A stretch of 16,792 nt of DNA from Pseudomonadota bacterium (GTDB lineage Archaea > Thermoplasmatota > SW-10-69-26 > JACQPN01 > JAJPHT01): contig JAJPHT010000018.1 of assembly GCA_021325135.1 (NCBI GenBank), positions 1 through 16,792 of the forward strand. The letters are read 5' to 3'. Positions 1 through 7,082 of the stretch are shown piece after piece. The notes below the pieces were generated by a model that made no database searches, was not told where the DNA came from, and saw only the letters and a list, made by a program, of their open reading frames with translations. Position 1 is the first letter of the stretch. Every line of letters begins with the position of its first letter. Made by a program: the position numbers and the translations under genes.

Positions 1-131
1 CCGTCTGCAGCGACTGCGGCAAGCAGACCCAGGTCCCCTTCAAGCCGACCGAGGGCCGCCCCGTCTACTGCCGCGACTGCTTCCAGAAGCACGCGCCCCC
101 CCGCGACAACCGCGGCCCCCGCCGCTTCTAA
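1..131 (+). CDS. CxxC-x17-CxxC zinc-ribbon domain protein (3' end, partial)
   Basis: Frame from nt 3 reads VCSDCGKQTQVPFKPTEGRPVYCRDCFQKHAPPRDNRGPRRF*, stop TAA 129-131. CxxC-x17-CxxC with the VPFxP..RPVYC signature. Not in the ORF track. Confidence 0.9.
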   Translation, partial: VCSDCGKQTQVPFKPTEGRPVYCRDCFQKHAPPRDNRGPRRF

Positions 132-152
132 GCGCCGCCTCCGGCGGCGTAT

Positions 153-223
153 GAAGCGGCGCGCTCGCACGTTTCGCCTGCGGGCGAAACGCGCTCGCCC
201 CGCCGCTTCTGCGTCTCTTTTTT
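153..223. terminator. Hairpin plus T-tract between convergent genes
   Basis: GAAGCGGCG (153-161) pairs with CGCCGCTTC (201-209); inner CGTTTCGCC/GGCGAAACG stem; followed by TCTCTTTTTT. Confidence 0.5.
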
Positions 224-702
224 CATTCCCTTCTTCTCACGTAGCGCACGATCTCCCCCTCGGGGCCCTCGCGCGTGAAGCCCAGCTTCGCGAGCACGCG
301 GAGGGAGGGCGCGTTGTCGCGCTCGGCGTCCGCCGCGATGCGCGCCACGCGAGCGTCCCCCAAGGCCCATGCCACCAGGGCGGCCGCAGCCTCGGTGGCC
401 AGGCCGCGCCCGCGCGCCGGCGCGACGAGGCCGTAGCCCAGCTCCACGTCGCCCCGCGCGTCGGGCGGGCCCTTGAAGCCCGCCGTGCCCACCACCGCGC
501 CGCGCTCCACGACGAGCCAGAAGTGCCAGCCCGCCTCCGCGGGGTCCGCCAGCACGCGCTCCGCGGCCTCGGCCCAGAGGTCCTCGTCCACCGCGTCGGG
601 CGGCACGCGCGCGCCCAAGGCCTGCGCGAGCGCCGCGGGGGAGAGCGCCGCGAGGCGCGCGTCGAACGCGACGAGGCGCAGGCGCGCCGTCCGAAGCTCC
701 AC
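223..702 (-). CDS. GNAT N-acetyltransferase, RimJ/RimL-like
   Basis: GTG start gives MELRTARLRL...VVGTAGFKGPPDARGDVELGYGLVAPARGRGLATEA...DNAPSLRVLAKLGF: acetyl-CoA motif A (RGRGLATEA) and the N-x-x-S-x-x-V-L-x-K-L-G-F motif. Confidence 0.9.
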   Translation of the reverse strand: MELRTARLRLVAFDARLAALSPAALAQALGARVPPDAVDEDLWAEAAERVLADPAEAGWHFWLVVERGAVVGTAGFKGPPDARGDVELGYGLVAPARGRGLATEAAAALVAWALGDARVARIAADAERDNAPSLRVLAKLGFTREGPEGEIVRYVRRRE

Positions 703-783
703 GCCGAGGCAACCCTGCGCCGGGCCATCAAGGCAGCCGGCAGGCCCAAGCGGGGGCGGGCCGCTCCCGCCGCGAGGCTGCTC

Positions 784-960
784 ATGAGACACCTGATCCT
801 CGCCTTCTGCCTGCTTGCCCTCGTCGTCGTGGCGCCCCTCTTCGCGACGGAGACCGTCAGCGCGTGCGACACCCTCTTCGCCGTCAAGCGCTGCCCCACC
901 CCCGGGAGCTACGTCGTGGCGGACTGCAAGACGGTCGCGTCGTTCTGCACGCTGGAGTAG
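784..960 (+). CDS. Small secreted cysteine-rich peptide (58 aa)
   Basis: MRHLILAFCLLALVVVAPLFATETVSA-CDTLFAVKRCPTPGSYVVADCKTVASFCTLE*. Hydrophobic signal peptide, strong G/C third-position bias like its neighbours, fills the gap between the GNAT and dph5. Confidence 0.7.
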   Translation: MRHLILAFCLLALVVVAPLFATETVSACDTLFAVKRCPTPGSYVVADCKTVASFCTLE

Positions 961-997
961 CGCAACCTTTTCCCGCGGGGGGCGGCGTCCCCTCGCG

Positions 998-1768
998 ATG
1001 CTCACCTTCGTCGGCCTCGGCCTGTGGGACGAGAAGGACGTCTCGCTGCGGGGCCTGGAGGCCGTGCGCGCCGCGGACGTCGTGTACGGCGAATGGTACA
1101 CCGCGCTCCTGGGCGGCGCCACGCCCGAGACGCTCGTCGCCTTCTACGGCCGCCCCATCGAGTGGCTCGACCGCGACCCCCTGGAGAAGGGCGACGCCAT
1201 CCTGGAGGCCGCGCGCACGAAGGACGTCGCCCTGCTGGCCGTGGGTGATAGCATGACGGCGACGACGCACGTGGACCTGCGCGTGCGCGCCGCGCGCGAG
1301 GGCATCCCCACGCGCGTGATCCACGGCGCGTCCATCGCGACCGCGGCCGCAGGCTTGCTGGGCCTCATGAGCTACAAGTTCGGCCGCGCGACGACCCTCG
1401 TCTTCCCCGAGGGCAGCTACTTCCCCACGAGCCCCTACGACGTGATCCGCGACAACCGCGCGCGGGGCCTCCACACGCTGACGCTCATGGACCTGCGCGC
1501 CGCCGAGCGCCGCTACATGACCGCGAGCGAGGGCGCGGCGCTTCTGCTGCGCATGGAGCGCGAGCGGGGCGAAGGCGCCCTGGGCCCCGAGACGGAGGCC
1601 TACGTCCTCGCGCGCGCCGGCAGCCCCGAGCCCGGCGTGTGGCGCGGCCCGCTGGCGGACCTGGCGAAGCGCGACTTCGGCGCGCCGCTGCACACCATGG
1701 TCGTGCCCGGGAACCTGCACTTCGTCGAGGAGGACGCGGTGCGCGCGCTGGCGAGGGCGGTGACTTAA
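998..1768 (+). CDS. dph5: Diphthine synthase (diphthine methyl ester synthase)
   Basis: MLTFVGLGLWDEKDVSLRGLEA...EWYT...GDSMTATTHVDL...HGASI...YKFGRATTLVFP...SPYDVIRDNRARGLHTLTLMD...DFGAPLHTMVVPGNLHFVEE; typical archaeal Dph5. Confidence 0.96.
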   Translation: MLTFVGLGLWDEKDVSLRGLEAVRAADVVYGEWYTALLGGATPETLVAFYGRPIEWLDRDPLEKGDAILEAARTKDVALLAVGDSMTATTHVDLRVRAAREGIPTRVIHGASIATAAAGLLGLMSYKFGRATTLVFPEGSYFPTSPYDVIRDNRARGLHTLTLMDLRAAERRYMTASEGAALLLRMERERGEGALGPETEAYVLARAGSPEPGVWRGPLADLAKRDFGAPLHTMVVPGNLHFVEEDAVRALARAVT

Positions 1769-1807
1769 GTCATCTCCGGGGCAGAAAGCCTCATATGACT
1801 TAAGTCC
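1761..1807. promoter_or_regulatory. Twin palindromic operator-like sites flanking a BRE/TATA-like element
   Basis: TGACTTAAGTCA (1761-1772, perfect palindrome) and TGACTTAAGTCC (1796-1807), starts 35 bp apart, with GAAAGCCTCATAT between them, just upstream of the RHH-like gene. Confidence 0.65.
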
Positions 1808-1819
1808 TTAGTGGGTGCC

Positions 1820-2143
1820 ATGCCCACCCGACCCGGCTTCGACCTCGTGTCGGTCAAGCGCGAGACCAAGGAGCAGCTTGCGCGCCTCAAGGGGGAGGAG
1901 ACCTACGACGCCGTGATCCAGCGGCTCCTCGCTCTGGGCGCCACGCGCGCCCCCGAATCGAAGCCGCGCGATCCCGCCGAGCAGGTCGCGCTCGCGGAGC
2001 TTGCCGCCCGGCGGTGGGCGCGCGCCGTCGCGTCGGGGCGCATCGAGGAGCGCGGGCCGCGCCTCCTCGTCTATCACCTGAAGCGGCCCGCCCGGAGGCG
2101 CCTCGATGTCACGTGGAGCGGACGACGCGGCTTCTCTCCTTGA
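1820..2143 (+). CDS. Small RHH-like DNA-binding protein, putative antitoxin
   Basis: N-terminus DLVSVKRETKEQLARLKGEETYDAVIQRLL resembles archaeal ribbon-helix-helix antitoxin-type proteins (strand, helix, ETYD-x-VI-x-RLL helix). Overlaps the next gene. An alternative GTG start lies at 1811. Confidence 0.7.
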   Translation: MPTRPGFDLVSVKRETKEQLARLKGEETYDAVIQRLLALGATRAPESKPRDPAEQVALAELAARRWARAVASGRIEERGPRLLVYHLKRPARRRLDVTWSGRRGFSP

Positions 2144-2780
2144 GCGCGCCCGCGGCGAGGAGGACGAGCTTGCCTCGCGCCTGCTCCTCTCGGCTGCGGT
2201 CCAGGCGGCGGGGCTCGCGGTGGGCGTGCGCGTCGTCCTCACCGGCGGTACGGCGGCCGACTTCTACGCGGCCGGGACGCTGGGCACCAGCGAGGCCTAT
2301 CCCGCCCTGTGGCGCCCCAGCGCCGACGTGGACGTCGTGGTGCTCGCCATCGAGCCCTACAAGCCGGCCCGCGACCTCATGCTGCGCGAGCTGGAGCGCA
2401 TGGGCCTCAAGCCCCGCTGGTCCGCGGGCACGGCGCGCGCCATCGACGTGCCCGACTTCCCTTTCCTCCTGGAGATCGTCGGCGAGGAGCTTGGCGTGGG
2501 GCGCGACGAGCGCCCCATCACCGTCCTTCTCGACGGCACGATCCCGCTGACCGTCCGCTCGCCTGAGGACGTGATCCTCGCCTACGCGGAGTCGGGCTGG
2601 CACCTCCGGCACGGCGGCGACTGGACGCGGGCCCTCGCGGTGTACGCGGCCATGAGGGACCGTCTCGACCTCGAATACCTGCGCGACGAGGCTGCGCGCC
2701 GGAGGCAATCCGCGCCCCTTGACGCCGTGATGGCGCTGCGCCCTTCGCCCTGGCGCTTTGCCGCGCCGGAGGACGGATGA
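2106..2780 (+). CDS. Pol-beta-superfamily nucleotidyltransferase (AbiEii/DUF6036-like), putative toxin
   Basis: VVLTGGTAADFY...RPSADVDVV matches the GG-T-A...R-x-S-x-D-h-D motif of AbiEii/MenT-like NTases, followed by SPEDVIL and a helical C-terminus (DRLDLEYLR). Confidence 0.75.
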   Translation: MSRGADDAASLLERARGEEDELASRLLLSAAVQAAGLAVGVRVVLTGGTAADFYAAGTLGTSEAYPALWRPSADVDVVVLAIEPYKPARDLMLRELERMGLKPRWSAGTARAIDVPDFPFLLEIVGEELGVGRDERPITVLLDGTIPLTVRSPEDVILAYAESGWHLRHGGDWTRALAVYAAMRDRLDLEYLRDEAARRRQSAPLDAVMALRPSPWRFAAPEDG

Positions 2781-3820
2781 CCCAGGCCCCCGCCCTGCGC
2801 GTGCCGCTGCGCGACGCCGAGCGCGTGCGCCGCGCGTTGCTCGACGAGGGCGCGCTGCGGCACGACCTCAAGGTGCGCCGCGAGTCGGGCGAGCTTCTGC
2901 TCCCGCTCCTGGACGGCGCGCCGCGCATGGGCTACCCGGTGGCGGTCGCGGAGTTCGAGCCCGCGGACGACTCGCCGCGCCACTACTCGGACCTCCTCGC
3001 GCACCTGCCCGAGGCCGAGCGCGCGCTGCTGCCCTCCGCGTTCGACGTGGTGGGGCACGTGCTCATCGTGAAGGTCCCCGACGCGCTGCGGCACCGCGAG
3101 CGCGAGATCGCGCAGGCGCTCCTGGAGGCGACGCCCCGCGTGCGCACGGTCGCGCAGGACGAGGGCGTCGCGGGCGAGCTTCGCGTGCGCGCGCTGCGCG
3201 TGCTGGCGGGCGACGCGGACACGCGCACGGAGCACGCAGAGCACGGCGTCCGCATCCGCGTCGACCCCGCGACGTGCTACTTCTCGCCGCGCCTCGCCAC
3301 GGAGCGCATCCGCGTCGCGCGCCTCGTCTCGCCCGGCGAGCGCGTCGTGGACCTCATGGCGGGCGTCGCGCCCTTCGCGCTGGTCATCGCGAAGCACTCG
3401 CAGGCCGCGCGCGTGGACGCCGTGGACCTCAACCCGGAAGCGGTCGCCTTCGCGCGGGAGAACGTGGCGCTCAACAAGGTGGCCGACCGCGTGTTCCCCG
3501 AGCAGGCGGACGCGCGCGCGTGGAGCGCCGCGCACCCGGGCGTCGCGGACCGCGTCATCACCAACCTGCCGCACACGGCGCACGCGTTCCTGGAGGACGC
3601 GCTGCGCGTGCTCCGGCCCGGGGGCGGCGCGTGGCACTACCACTGCATCCAGGCCGAGGAGGACCTGGGGCGCCACCTGGCGGAGCTTTCCGCGCGGGCC
3701 CACGAGGCGGGGCGGGGCCTCCGCGTCAGCGCGACGCGCGTCGTGCGCGCGTACTCGCCCCGGGAGCGGCACTTCGCCGTGGATTTTGAGGTGGGTGCGC
3801 CCGCGGAGGATGAGGGGTAA
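2777..3820 (+). CDS. trm5: tRNA (guanine37-N1)-methyltransferase, Trm5/Met-10+ family
   Basis: LPSAFDVVGHVLIV, YFSPRLATERIRV, VDLMAGVAPF (SAM motif I), DLNPEA, DRVITNLP, VRAYSP. ATGA overlap with the upstream gene. Confidence 0.88.
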   Translation: MTQAPALRVPLRDAERVRRALLDEGALRHDLKVRRESGELLLPLLDGAPRMGYPVAVAEFEPADDSPRHYSDLLAHLPEAERALLPSAFDVVGHVLIVKVPDALRHREREIAQALLEATPRVRTVAQDEGVAGELRVRALRVLAGDADTRTEHAEHGVRIRVDPATCYFSPRLATERIRVARLVSPGERVVDLMAGVAPFALVIAKHSQAARVDAVDLNPEAVAFARENVALNKVADRVFPEQADARAWSAAHPGVADRVITNLPHTAHAFLEDALRVLRPGGGAWHYHCIQAEEDLGRHLAELSARAHEAGRGLRVSATRVVRAYSPRERHFAVDFEVGAPAEDEG

Positions 3821-3836
3821 AGCGGGGCCGAGGAGT

Positions 3837-3959
3837 CGTTCGGCCGCGCCGCAGCGCGGCCAAAAGCGGGGGTTTCAGGGGGCGCAGCCCCCTGACGTGA
3901 AGGAAAAGTCCAGCAGACGACCGAAACGTCAGGGGGCTGCGCCCCCGAACCCCCGCTTT
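3837..3959. repeat. REPIN/MITE-like palindromic element, copy 1
   Basis: Arms AAAGCGGGGGTTTCAGGGGGCGCAGCCCCCTGACGT (from 3863) and ACGTCAGGGGGCTGCGCCCCCGAACCCCCGCTTT (to 3959) around a 27-nt spacer; near-identical to the reverse complement of 12261-12386. Confidence 0.9.
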
Positions 3960-5061
3960 AGGCCGTGACCTTCCACGTTCCCGAGATCGTGAAGGGCTGG
4001 TCCATGGGGTTCGCGGTGGCCCAGCCCGCGGCGGCCCACGTGTCGGGGATGTAGGCGCGCACGGCGAGGCGATAGCCCGCCGGGAGGGTGACCTTGGGGA
4101 CGTCGACCTTGAGCGGGCTCTCTCCCGAGGCGCCGCCCAGGCCGAAGCTGTTCTTGTCGTTCGTCGCGTAGACGAAGTAGCCCAGCGTCTGCGTGGCGGG
4201 CGTGGCGGCGGTCCATTCCATGGTGAGGGTCGCGCTCATGGGCTTGCCGGTGAAGGTGGGCTGGTCGAGGTTCTTGAAGGCCACGCCGGGGGGCGCGTCC
4301 TGGCATCCGACGAAGGTGACGCACGGCTCGACGAAGGTCGGGAAGGAGCCCTCGAACTTGTAGGGGACGTCCTTGGTCGCCGGCTCGGGGAGAGCCTCGA
4401 CCTGCGCGGCGCCCTTCAGCTCGAAGGGGACGTCGCCCGGGTTGGCGACCACGCCGCCCGCGGGCGTGATCTCGCCCTGGGAGAGCGAGTAGACGTAGAG
4501 GATCACCATCTGGTCGGGGCCCACGTCCGTCGGGGGGAGGGTGAGCGTCACCGGCGAGTCGCCCGCCTTCTCGGCCAGGACCTTGAAGCTCCCGGGGGCC
4601 TCCAGCAGGGCCTCGACGGCAAGCTGCTGGGGCGCGGCGCCGGAGGGCGTGAAGGTGAGCGTCACCGAGCCGCCCGTGAGCCGCCCGGTGAAGGCGAGCA
4701 CCTTGTTGTTGGCCGTCCTGGGGCTCGTGGGGGCGTCCGTGCCGTCGCAGAAGCCGTAGGCGGGCGTGAAGCCGCAGGCGGTGACCCACGTCGCGGCCGT
4801 GCCCTTGATGGAGATGGGGATGGAGGAGGCGACGGGGGTGCTGCTCCCGTTCAAGGCAGGGGCGGGGGAGCCCGAAGGGTCCGAGGGGCTCGCGGAGGAG
4901 GACGACGGGGGCGTCGGCGCGCTGCCGCCTCCGGGGGCGGGCGTCGCGCTGGTGGGCGCGTCTCCGGCGGAGGCGGTCTGGACGGGCTTGGACGGGGCGG
5001 CGGAGCAGCCGGCGAAGGCGGCGCTGGCGAGCAGGACGATGGCGACGAGCACGGGCCTCAT
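3958..5061 (-). CDS. Predicted lipoprotein with Pro/Ser linker and two repeated beta-rich domains
   Basis: MRPVLVAIVLLASAAFAGC lipobox; P/S/T-rich linker; duplicated motifs GDSPVTLTLP/GESPLKVDVP and ANPGDVPFELKG/ANPMDQPFTISG. Confidence 0.85.
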   Translation of the reverse strand: MRPVLVAIVLLASAAFAGCSAAPSKPVQTASAGDAPTSATPAPGGGSAPTPPSSSSASPSDPSGSPAPALNGSSTPVASSIPISIKGTAATWVTACGFTPAYGFCDGTDAPTSPRTANNKVLAFTGRLTGGSVTLTFTPSGAAPQQLAVEALLEAPGSFKVLAEKAGDSPVTLTLPPTDVGPDQMVILYVYSLSQGEITPAGGVVANPGDVPFELKGAAQVEALPEPATKDVPYKFEGSFPTFVEPCVTFVGCQDAPPGVAFKNLDQPTFTGKPMSATLTMEWTAATPATQTLGYFVYATNDKNSFGLGGASGESPLKVDVPKVTLPAGYRLAVRAYIPDTWAAAGWATANPMDQPFTISGTWKVTA

Positions 5062-5169
5062 GGGGAAGCCTCCTCGAACAGGTCCAACCCGGATGAGGTC
5101 TTGAACTCTCTCGTCAGCGTGTTAGGGTGTCCCCGGACGCTTCATATGGGCCGGGCCGGATCGGCGAGC

Positions 5170-5769
5170 GTGCTCGCCTTCGAGGCCGTCACGCGCCGCT
5201 TCGGGGCCCGCCGCGCCCTCGACGGCGTGACCTTCCGCCTCGCCCCCGGCACGCTCACCGCGCTGGTGGGGCCCAACGGCGCGGGGAAGACGACGCTCCT
5301 GCGCCTCGCCGCGACGCTGGACGAGCCCACCTCGGGCCGCGTCACCGTGGAGGGCGCCACCGGCGCGGCCGCGCGGCGGCGCGTGGGCTGGCTGGGCGCC
5401 GAGCCCGCGCTCTACGACGACCTCACCGTGCGCGAGAACCTCGCCTTCGTCGCGGGCTTCCACGGCCGCGCGGGGGGCGTGGAGGAGGCGGCGGCGCGCT
5501 TCGGCGTGACGCCCCTGCTCGACGCCCGCGCCCGGGGGCTCTCCCGCGGCGAGCGCCAGCGCGTGGCCCTCGCGCGCGCGACGCTGGCGGGCGACCTGCT
5601 CCTCCTGGACGAGCCCACCACCGCGCTGGACGCCGAGGGCGCGGACGCCGCGCTGCGCGCGCTGGTGGAGATGCGCGGCGAGCGCACGCTCCTGGCCGCG
5701 ACGCACGACCCCGCGCTCGTCGCCAAGGCCGACCGCGTGCTGCGCCTCGACGGAGGCCGCCTCTCGTGA
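5170..5769 (+). CDS. ccmA: Heme exporter ATP-binding protein CcmA
   Basis: Walker A GPNGAGKTT, signature LSRGERQR, Walker B LLLLDEP, H-loop ATHD; first gene of ccmABCD. GTG 5170 chosen from a TATA-like TTCATAT at 5141-5147; in-frame ATG 5146 is an alternative. Confidence 0.85.
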   Translation: MLAFEAVTRRFGARRALDGVTFRLAPGTLTALVGPNGAGKTTLLRLAATLDEPTSGRVTVEGATGAAARRRVGWLGAEPALYDDLTVRENLAFVAGFHGRAGGVEEAAARFGVTPLLDARARGLSRGERQRVALARATLAGDLLLLDEPTTALDAEGADAALRALVEMRGERTLLAATHDPALVAKADRVLRLDGGRLS

Positions 5770-6428
5770 GCGCCGCGTGGTGGCGCGTCGCGGGCAAGGA
5801 CGTCCGCGTCGAGCTTCGCAGCCGCGCGACGCTGGTGCCCGCGCTCCTCACCGGGCTCCTCGTGGTCGTCGTGGGCCTGCTGGCGTTCCACGACCTCCCG
5901 GAGCGCGGCATGGTGGCCGCGGGCGTCCTCTGGATCGGCCTCGCCTTCGCGGGCGCCCTGGGCCTCGCACGGGCCTTCGGCGCCGAGCGCGACCGCGGCA
6001 CGCTGGACGTGCTCCTCACGCTCCCCGTCGAGCGCGGCCACGTCTACCTGGGCAAGGTCGCGGCCTCCTTCGCGACGATCCTCCTCGTGGCCCTCGTCCT
6101 CGTGCCCGTCTACCTCGTCGCGGGCGGCGAGCCCGTCCCCCTCCAGTGGCCGGGGCTCCTGCTCGTGCTCACCCTCGGCGCGCTGGGCCTCGCCGCCACC
6201 GGGACCATGATGAGCGCGCTGGCCTCGGGCGCGCGCGGCCGCGAGACGCTGCTGCCCGTCCTCCTCGTGCCCGTCCTCGTGCCCCTTCTCCTGGCCAGCG
6301 TCCACGCGACGCAGGACGCGCTGGCCGGCCTCCCCTTCGCGCGCTGGCGGGCCGAGGTCCTCGTCCTCGTGGGGTACGACCTCGCCTTCCTCGCCGCCTC
6401 GACGCTCCTCTTCGAGTGGGGGGTCTGA
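5766..6428 (+). CDS. ccmB: Heme exporter protein CcmB
   Basis: GTG start overlapping the ccmA stop. KDVRVELRSR, GVLWIG, FGAERDRGTLDVLLTLP, YLGK, RETLLPVLLVPVLVPLL; about 6 hydrophobic segments. Confidence 0.9.
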   Translation: MSAAWWRVAGKDVRVELRSRATLVPALLTGLLVVVVGLLAFHDLPERGMVAAGVLWIGLAFAGALGLARAFGAERDRGTLDVLLTLPVERGHVYLGKVAASFATILLVALVLVPVYLVAGGEPVPLQWPGLLLVLTLGALGLAATGTMMSALASGARGRETLLPVLLVPVLVPLLLASVHATQDALAGLPFARWRAEVLVLVGYDLAFLAASTLLFEWGV

Positions 6429-7082
6429 ATGGCGCGCGCCCCGTGGCTCGCGTGGATCGCCGGCGCCGCGCTCCTCGTTGATATCATCCTCACGCTGCTC
6501 GTCGCGCCGCAGGCGGCCAACTTCAACGCGCCCCTCACGCAGCGCATCTTCTACTACCACGTGCCGGCCGCGTGGGCCGCCTACCTCGCCTTCGGCGTCA
6601 CCGCCGGGGCCGGCCTCTGGCACCTGCGCCGGCCCACGGCGGGGAGCGACGCGCTCGCGCTGGCCAGCGCCGAGGTGGGCACGCTCTTCGCCATCGTCGC
6701 GCTGGTGACGGGCCTCGTCTGGAGCCGCCAGGAGTTCCTCAACTACGACCCGCTGCGCGACGCGAAGGTCATCAGCCTCGCGGTCACCATCCTGGCGTAC
6801 CTCGCCTACTTCGCGCTGCGCAGCGCCGTGGAGGAGACCGCGCGCCGCCGCCGCGTCGCCGCCGTGTACGGCGTGCTGGCGCTCATCGGCGTGCCGCTCT
6901 CCTACTTCGCGAGCCAGGCGTCCATCCACCCGGACTTCGCCCGCGCCGACGAATCGCTGGACCCCACGCTGGGCCTCTACCTGCTGGGCAGCACCGTCGC
7001 CTTCACCCTCGTCTACGCCGCGCTGGTCGAGGCGCGCTATCGCCTCGCCCGCGTGGAGGACGCCCTCGAGGAGGGACCCTAG
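6429..7082 (+). CDS. ccmC: Heme chaperone-loading protein CcmC (cytochrome c biogenesis)
   Basis: QRIFYYHVPAAW (His1), LVTGLVWS..DAKV (position of the WWD loop), AYFALR, AAVYGV, SIHP (His2); follows ccmB. Confidence 0.88.
   Translation: MARAPWLAWIAGAALLVDIILTLLVAPQAANFNAPLTQRIFYYHVPAAWAAYLAFGVTAGAGLWHLRRPTAGSDALALASAEVGTLFAIVALVTGLVWSRQEFLNYDPLRDAKVISLAVTILAYLAYFALRSAVEETARRRRVAAVYGVLALIGVPLSYFASQASIHPDFARADESLDPTLGLYLLGSTVAFTLVYAALVEARYRLARVEDALEEGP

Noticed and set aside
151-783. N-terminal extensions given by the ORF track for several genes (151-960, 815-1768, 12399-14042, 12405-14087, 9445-10905)
   Set aside because: The extensions overlap genuine neighbouring genes; starts were reassigned to where family homology or signal peptides begin.
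3890-3932. CTGACG...GAAAC in the repeat resembles a hammerhead ribozyme core
   Set aside because: Reads CTGACGT or CAGACGA rather than CUGANGA, has no proper stem II before GAAA, and TGACGT/ACGTCA are simply the inverted arms.
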